Source of the DNA: Thermoleophilia bacterium
Lineage (GTDB): Bacteria > Actinomycetota > Thermoleophilia > Gaiellales > Gaiellaceae
Reading direction: 5' to 3'
NCBI GenBank assembly: GCA_025934995.1
Contig: JAICWC010000001.1
Location: forward strand, 759-64,758
DNA length: 64,000 nt
The position numbers were made by a program, and so were the translations under genes. This document shows, piece after piece, positions 58,367-64,000 of the stretch (position 1 is its first letter; every line of letters begins with the position of its first letter). The notes under the pieces are model-generated. The model searched no databases and was not told the DNA's origin. It worked only from the letters and a program-made list of their open reading frames with translations.

Positions 58367-59566
58367 TCAGGCTAGCTCCGACGCGGGCAGCGCGACCGGC
58401 CGCTCGCCGAGGTGGTACGCGAGATATCGCCAGTCCGGTGCGTCGAGGATCGCCAGATCGGCGCGATAGCCGGGCGCGATCCGGCCGATGCGGTCGGATC
58501 GCTGCAGCACGTGAGCCGCATTGACGGTGACCGCGGCCAGCGACTCGGCCGGCGAAAGCTTCAGCTGCGTCGCAGCGAGCGAGCAGACGAGCGGCAGGCT
58601 CTCGGTGAACGAGCTGCCCGGGTTGAAGTCGGTCGCGAGCGCGATTGCGGCGCCCGCGTCGACGAGCGCCCGCCCCGGCGGCATCGGCCGCCCGAGGAAG
58701 AGTGCGCTCGCGGGCAGCAGCACGCCGACGACGTCGCTTCCGGCGAGCGCGCGCACGCCCGCATCGCCGGTCGCCTCGAGGTGGTCGACGCTGCGCGCGC
58801 CCAGCTCGATCGCGAGCGGGATCGCGCCCTGCTCGGTGAACTGGTCGCCGTGCAGGCGCAGCGAGAGGCCCGCGTCCCTGCATGCGGTCAGGTAGCGGCG
58901 GGCCTGCGCCGCGTCGAACGCGCCACGTTCGAGGAAGACGTCCGCCGCCTCCGCGAGCTTTGCGGCCTCGGGCAACACCTCCGCCAGTGCGACGTCGAGG
59001 TACGCATCGGCGTCGCCGTCGAGCTCCGGCGGCACCGCGTGCGCGCCCAGCCAGGTCGGCACGCCTCCTGCGTCGCGGACGGCGCGCAAGGACGCGAGCT
59101 CGGTGTCGCGGTCGAGCCCGTACCCCGACTTGCCCTCGAAGGTCGTCGTGCCGTGCGAGCGCATCCAGGCCGCGTGCCTGCGCACGGCATCGCGGAGGCC
59201 GTCCTCGCCCGCGGCGCGCGTCGCGCGCACGGTCGACAGGATGCCGCCGCCCGCCGCGTGCAGCTCTTCGTACGACGCGCCGCCTGCGCGGAGCGAGAAC
59301 TCCTCGACGCGGTCGCCGCCGAACGCCGGATGCGTGTGGCAGTCGACGAGCCCGGGAACCGCGCAGCGGCCGGCGAACGACCGTTCCTCGACGGCGGCGC
59401 CGAGCGGCTTCAGGTCGCGCATCCGCCCGACGTCGGCGATCGTTCCGGCGTCGACGAGAACGTAGGCGTCCTCGACGACGTCGACCGCGCCGAGCTCGGC
59501 GCCCCGCAGCGGCGCCCGCCGTCCCGCGGGCGACGCGACCTGCGCGAAGTCCCGCAGGAGCAGCAC
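58367..59566 (-). CDS. hutI: Imidazolonepropionase
   Basis: PGLVDCHTH, GGGILSTV, KSGYGL, HGDQ, SVDHLE, ATDFNPGSS. Confidence 0.94.
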   Translation of the reverse strand: MLLLRDFAQVASPAGRRAPLRGAELGAVDVVEDAYVLVDAGTIADVGRMRDLKPLGAAVEERSFAGRCAVPGLVDCHTHPAFGGDRVEEFSLRAGGASYEELHAAGGGILSTVRATRAAGEDGLRDAVRRHAAWMRSHGTTTFEGKSGYGLDRDTELASLRAVRDAGGVPTWLGAHAVPPELDGDADAYLDVALAEVLPEAAKLAEAADVFLERGAFDAAQARRYLTACRDAGLSLRLHGDQFTEQGAIPLAIELGARSVDHLEATGDAGVRALAGSDVVGVLLPASALFLGRPMPPGRALVDAGAAIALATDFNPGSSFTESLPLVCSLAATQLKLSPAESLAAVTVNAAHVLQRSDRIGRIAPGYRADLAILDAPDWRYLAYHLGERPVALPASELA

Positions 59567-61269
59567 TAGCCGGGACTGCGCGGGATCTTCAGCCCGCCGC
59601 GCTCGGCGGCGTCGACCGCGTCGGCGTAGCCCGCGTCGACGTGGCGCATCACCCCCGTGCCCGGGTCGGTCGTCAGCACGCGCTCGAGCCGCTCCGCCGC
59701 CTCGTCGGTGCCGTCGGCCAACACGACCATCCCCGCGTGGATCGCGTTGCCGATGCCGACCCCTCCGCCATGGTGCACGCTCACCCACGTCGCGCCCGCC
59801 GCGACGTTGACGAGGGCATTGAGGATCGGCCAGTCGGCGATCGCATCCGAGCCGTCGCGCATCGCCTCCGTCTCGCGGTACGGCGATGCAACGGACCCGG
59901 CGTCGAGGTGATCACGCCCGATCACGACGGGCGCCGCGACGGCGCCGCTTCGCACGAGCTCGTTGATCGCCAACCCCGCCTTCGCGCGGTCGCCGTAGCC
60001 GAGCCAGCAGATCCGCGCGGGCAGCCCCTGGAAGGCGACGCGCTCCGGCGCCAGCTCGAGCCACCGCTGCAGGAGCGGGTCGTCGGGGAAGAGCTCGCGA
60101 AGCGCTGCGTCGATCGTGGCGATGTCGGCCGGGTCCCCGGACAGCGCTGCCCAGCGAAACGGCCCGATGCCGCGACAGAAGAGCGGCCGGATATAGGCCG
60201 GGACGAAGCCCGGGTATGAGAAGGCCTCGCTTACGCCGCCGTCTCGGGCCTCACCTCGCAAGTTGTTGCCATAATCGAAAACATAGGCGCCGCGCCGGAC
60301 GTACTCGAGCATCCCTTCGACGTGCGCGACGATCGACTCGCGCGCACGCACGAGGTACTCGTCCGGATCAGATGTCCGCAACGCGGCTGCATCGTCGACC
60401 GACAGACCGCGCGGCACGTAGCCGGTCAACGGATCGTGCGCCGCGGTCTGGTCGGTGACGAGATCGAAGTGCTCTCCGCGCGACGCGAGCTCCGGCACGA
60501 GCTCCGCCGCGTTGCCGAGCAACCCGACCGACAACGGCCGGCGCTCGGCTGCCGCGGCGCGAACACGTGCGAGCGCGTCGTCGAGCGAGTCGGCCGCCTC
60601 GTCGAGGTAACGCGTCTCGAGCCGCCGCTCGATGCGCGAGGGATCGACCTCGATGCAGAGGATCGCCGCGCCCGCCATCGTCCCGGCGAGCGGCTGCGCG
60701 CCGCCCATGCCGCCGAGCCCCGCAGTGAGAATCGTGCGACCGCGCAGGTCGGGCGAGCCGAAGTGCACCTCCCCCGCCGCCGCAAAGGTCTGGTACGTCC
60801 CCTGCAGGATTCCCTGCGACGCGATGTAGATCCAGGAGCCCGCCGTCATCTGACCGAACATCGTCAGGCCCTCCGCCTCGAGCCGGCGGAACTCGTCCCA
60901 CGTCGCCCACTTCGGGACGAGCAGCGAGTTCGCGATCAGGACGCGCGGCGCATCGACGTGCGTGGTGAAGATCCCGACCGGCTTGCCAGATTGGACGAGC
61001 AGGGTCTCGTCCGCGCCGAGCTCGAGCAATGCGCCGACGATCGCGCGCAGCGCCTCGTGGTTGCGTGCCGCCTTGCCGGAGCCGCCGTAGACGACGAGAT
61101 CCTCGGGACGCTCGGCGACGTCGGGGTCGAGGTTGTTGAGCAGCATGCGCAGCGGCGCCTCGGTCGACCACTGGCGCGCGTTCAGCTCGCTGCCGCGCGG
61201 TGCGTGCACGTTCGAGAGGTCGCCGACGAGCGCCTCGACCCGCTGCGCGAGCGACGCCGTCACGCTCAC
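59566..61269 (-). CDS. hutU: Urocanate hydratase
   Basis: [48 protein letters not shown]. Confidence 0.96.
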   Translation of the reverse strand: MSVTASLAQRVEALVGDLSNVHAPRGSELNARQWSTEAPLRMLLNNLDPDVAERPEDLVVYGGSGKAARNHEALRAIVGALLELGADETLLVQSGKPVGIFTTHVDAPRVLIANSLLVPKWATWDEFRRLEAEGLTMFGQMTAGSWIYIASQGILQGTYQTFAAAGEVHFGSPDLRGRTILTAGLGGMGGAQPLAGTMAGAAILCIEVDPSRIERRLETRYLDEAADSLDDALARVRAAAAERRPLSVGLLGNAAELVPELASRGEHFDLVTDQTAAHDPLTGYVPRGLSVDDAAALRTSDPDEYLVRARESIVAHVEGMLEYVRRGAYVFDYGNNLRGEARDGGVSEAFSYPGFVPAYIRPLFCRGIGPFRWAALSGDPADIATIDAALRELFPDDPLLQRWLELAPERVAFQGLPARICWLGYGDRAKAGLAINELVRSGAVAAPVVIGRDHLDAGSVASPYRETEAMRDGSDAIADWPILNALVNVAAGATWVSVHHGGGVGIGNAIHAGMVVLADGTDEAAERLERVLTTDPGTGVMRHVDAGYADAVDAAERGGLKIPRSPG

Positions 61270-62813
61270 GCGAGCTCCCCCACGGCCCCTTCGACGGCCG
61301 CGATCAGCGAGCCGTCGCGGATCGCCGAAGCGACCACTTCGATGTCGGAGCCGAGCGGCCGGTCTTCGCGCAGGCGCGGCGACAACTCGCGCACGGCTGC
61401 GCGCGCGGCGCGCACCCCCGCGCCCGGCTCGAGCGGCGCATGGAACTCGACGCCCTGGGCGCCGGCGAGCAGCTCGATGGCGAGCGCCCGCTCCACGTTC
61501 GCGAGCACCTGCCATGCCTTCAGCCCGGACGTGTTGCCCATCGACACATGATCCTCCTGACCCGCGCTCGTCGGGATCGAGTCCACCGACGCCGGATGCG
61601 CAAGCACCTTGTTCTCGGAGACGAGCGACGCCGCCACGTACTGCGGGATCATGAAGCCGCTGTTCAGCCCGCCGTCGACGACGAGGAACGGCGGCAGCCC
61701 GTCGGAGAGGTTCGGGTTGACGAGTCGCTCGATGCGCCGCTCCGAGATGTTCGCGAGCTCCGCGACCGCCATCGCGAGCCCGTCCAACGCGAATGCAAGC
61801 GGCTGCCCGTGGAAGTTGCCGTTCGAGACGAGCGACTCGTCGTCGACGAGCACGAGCGGGTTGTCCGTCGCCGCGTTCAGCTCGACTGACACCGTGTACT
61901 CCGCGTAATCCAGCAGGTCTCGCGACGCACCGTGCACCTGTGGGGCGCAGCGGAGCGAGTACGCGTCCTGCACCTTGTCGCACCAGCGGTGCGCCTCGTT
62001 GATCGCCGATCCCTCGAGCAAGCGCAGGACGTTTGCCGCCGAATCGCCCTGACCGCGGAGCGGCCGCAGCGCGTGGATCTGGGGCAGGAACGAGGTGCGG
62101 GAGCCCTGCAGCGCCTCGAGCGACATCGCACACGCGATGTCGGCGACGCGTGTGAGCCGGCGCGCACGCACGAGGCCGAGCGCAAGGAACGACGCCATGA
62201 ACTGCGTGCCGTTGATCAGCGAAAGACCTTCCTTCGCAGCGAGCCGCAACGGCTCGAGCCCGACACGCGCGAGCGCGTCGGCGCCCGAGAGGCGCTCGCC
62301 GTCGACGAATGCCTCGCCCTCTCCCACGAGCGGCAGCGCGAGGTGCGCGAGCGGCGCGAGATCGCCCGATGCGCCGACCGAGCCGCGCGACGGCACCACC
62401 GGGACGATCCCCCGATCGAGACAGGCCAGGAGGAGCTCGACGGTCTCGACTCGCGCGCCCGAGTTGCCCTTCGCGAGCGTGTTCGCACGCAGGAGCATCG
62501 CCGAGCGCACGATCTCGTCCGGATAGAGGTCGCCGACGCCGCAGGCGTGCGAACGGAGCAACCGCAGCTGCAGCTCCTCGGTCAGCTCCTCCGGGATCGA
62601 CGTGTTGACGAAGCGGCCGAAGCCGGTGTTGATGCCGTACGTGTGCTCGCTCGTGCCGTGCGCTGCGTGTTCGACGAGCTCACGCGCGCCGCGCATCTTC
62701 TCGCGGGCCGCGTCCGAGAGCGCCGCCGGCGCTCGTCCGACGGCGACCGACCAGACGTCCGCAACCGTCAAGTCATCGCCGGTGAGGCCGATCGCGCTGG
62801 TCTCCAGAGCCAT
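61266..62813 (-). CDS. hutH: Histidine ammonia-lyase
   Basis: [17 protein letters not shown] (MIO), [30 protein letters not shown]. Confidence 0.96.
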   Translation of the reverse strand: MALETSAIGLTGDDLTVADVWSVAVGRAPAALSDAAREKMRGARELVEHAAHGTSEHTYGINTGFGRFVNTSIPEELTEELQLRLLRSHACGVGDLYPDEIVRSAMLLRANTLAKGNSGARVETVELLLACLDRGIVPVVPSRGSVGASGDLAPLAHLALPLVGEGEAFVDGERLSGADALARVGLEPLRLAAKEGLSLINGTQFMASFLALGLVRARRLTRVADIACAMSLEALQGSRTSFLPQIHALRPLRGQGDSAANVLRLLEGSAINEAHRWCDKVQDAYSLRCAPQVHGASRDLLDYAEYTVSVELNAATDNPLVLVDDESLVSNGNFHGQPLAFALDGLAMAVAELANISERRIERLVNPNLSDGLPPFLVVDGGLNSGFMIPQYVAASLVSENKVLAHPASVDSIPTSAGQEDHVSMGNTSGLKAWQVLANVERALAIELLAGAQGVEFHAPLEPGAGVRAARAAVRELSPRLREDRPLGSDIEVVASAIRDGSLIAAVEGAVGELA

Positions 62814-62817
62814 CGAC

Positions 62818-63708
62818 TCAGTCTTGCAGCAGCCGCAGCTCCAGGAGCCGCGACGCGTCGAAGCCGTCGATGCGCAACGCCGAGCCGGCTGCGGCTGCCG
62901 CCGCGCCCGCCGGCATCAAGCCGACGAGCTCCGAGCGCTCGACCTCGACTCCGCGGGCCTGCGCCTCGCGCTCGACCGCGGCGACGATCTCGTGCAGCGC
63001 GGAGGCCTCCCAGTCCTCGACATTCATGCTCACCTGCGCCTTGCCCGCCCGCGGCAGCTCGAGGCCGAGCGCGCGCACGCCGGGAAAGCCGCCGCCGCGC
63101 TCGCGGACGACGGCCGCGATCTCGCGTGCGATCTCGAGCGACGCGCCGGCGAGGTCGACGTTGAACGCGATCAGCGGCCGTCGCGCGCCGACGATGACGC
63201 CGCCGGCGGCTTCATGGAGCAGTGCCGGGCCGAAGTCCGGCGCGATCTCGCCCCCGTCGATCCGCGCCTGGAGCCCGGCGGTCCCGCCACGGCGGAAGAA
63301 CGCCGGTCCGCGTCCGCCTCCGACCTCCGCATAGAGAAAGACGGGCAGGGCGAGCTCGTCGCCCACGCGCCGTGCGAGCGATCGCGCAACCGCGCGCGCA
63401 CGCTCCATGTCGTCGGGGTGGATCGGCACGACCGGCACGACGTCGGCGGCGCCGATGCGCGGGTGCACGCCTTCATGCCGGCGGAGGTCGATTCGCTCAC
63501 GCGCGCAGGCGATGCCGGCGAGTAGCGCTTCGACCAGCGCGGAATCGTCGCCGACGAGCGTGAACACCGACCTGTTGTGGTCCTCGTCGCTGTGGACATC
63601 GAGCAGTCTCGCGCGCGAGGCGAGCGCGCGCGCGAGCGCGTCGATCACGCCGCGGTCGCGACCCTCCGAGAAATTGGGAACAGCCTCAAGCGGCAGAGCG
63701 AAGGACAC
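62818..63708 (-). CDS. ftcD: Glutamate formimidoyltransferase (FTCD formiminotransferase domain only)
   Basis: EAVPNFSEGRD, DHNRSVFT, GVHPRIGAADV, GAR..LIAFNV, QVSMN, SELVGL. Confidence 0.9.
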   Translation of the reverse strand: MSFALPLEAVPNFSEGRDRGVIDALARALASRARLLDVHSDEDHNRSVFTLVGDDSALVEALLAGIACARERIDLRRHEGVHPRIGAADVVPVVPIHPDDMERARAVARSLARRVGDELALPVFLYAEVGGGRGPAFFRRGGTAGLQARIDGGEIAPDFGPALLHEAAGGVIVGARRPLIAFNVDLAGASLEIAREIAAVVRERGGGFPGVRALGLELPRAGKAQVSMNVEDWEASALHEIVAAVEREAQARGVEVERSELVGLMPAGAAAAAAGSALRIDGFDASRLLELRLLQD

Positions 63709-64000
63709 GGCTGCATTCTTCGCAGATCTGCGGCGGCACGAGGCCGAGACGCATTCCGAGGTAGAACGTCTTGCAGCCGATGCAGAGGCCGAAACCGGCT
63801 TCGAGCGAGGCGAAGACCGCGATCACGCCCAGCAGCACCGAGGCCGCGAGGTGGGAGCCGACGACGTACCAGACGAGCGTCGCTGTGACCGTGAAGACGG
63901 CGCCGATCGTCTGAGCGAACCGCTTCGCCGGCCCGGGCGAGTAGCGGGCGCGCACCGAGAGCCGCGGCGTGACGACGCGCGTCGCGACGAGGCCGAGCGG
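63686..64000 (-). CDS. DUF4395-like membrane protein (3' part; start lies beyond the window)
   Basis: PAKRFAQTIG...LEAGFGLCIGC..Y...ICEEC. Confidence 0.75.
   Translation of the reverse strand, partial: PLGLVATRVVTPRLSVRARYSPGPAKRFAQTIGAVFTVTATLVWYVVGSHLAASVLLGVIAVFASLEAGFGLCIGCKTFYLGMRLGLVPPQICEECSRVLRSAA

Noticed and set aside
59566..62133. Apparent long N-terminal extensions in the ORF track (hutU 855 aa; also efp, tlyA, aroE, aroC, glyQS, cupin 2)
   Set aside because: Artefacts of taking the first possible start. The conserved N-termini begin at downstream starts that overlap the previous stop.

Overview
High-GC, very densely packed bacterial chromosome segment with about 85 CDS and almost no intergenic DNA. 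Gene content and order (alpha2-type glyQS, ppdK with its regulator, pyrG-NUDIX-ald, tlyA-nadK-recN, aroQ-pepP-efp-accB/accC-nusB, alaS-ruvX-mltG-aroE-aroC-aroKB, hisS-aspS, ftcD-hutHUI) and many TANNNT leaderless-type starts suggest a deep-branching actinobacterium (Thermoleophilia/Gaiellales-like; inference). Most of it is housekeeping, with two accessory-looking blocks: secreted proteins plus an orphan response regulator (2.0-7.7 kb) and a run of small enzymes separating accB from accC (31.5-35.4 kb). I saw no tRNA, rRNA, CRISPR array, transposase or integrase. Best candidates for a second look: (1) a pyruvate-carboxylase-type carboxyltransferase barrel with its catalytic residues replaced, fused to an intact AccB; (2) a compact 6S RNA directly upstream of an MnmA that carries a Cys-less IscU-like N-terminal domain; (3) several small ORFs, most missing from the ORF track, including a CCxxCxxC membrane peptide and a 26-aa peptide behind a sigma28-like promoter; (4) overlapping bidirectional -10 boxes; (5) a SigB/F-type operon whose anti-sigma lacks kinase motifs. 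All calls come from reading motifs by eye; no database searches were run.
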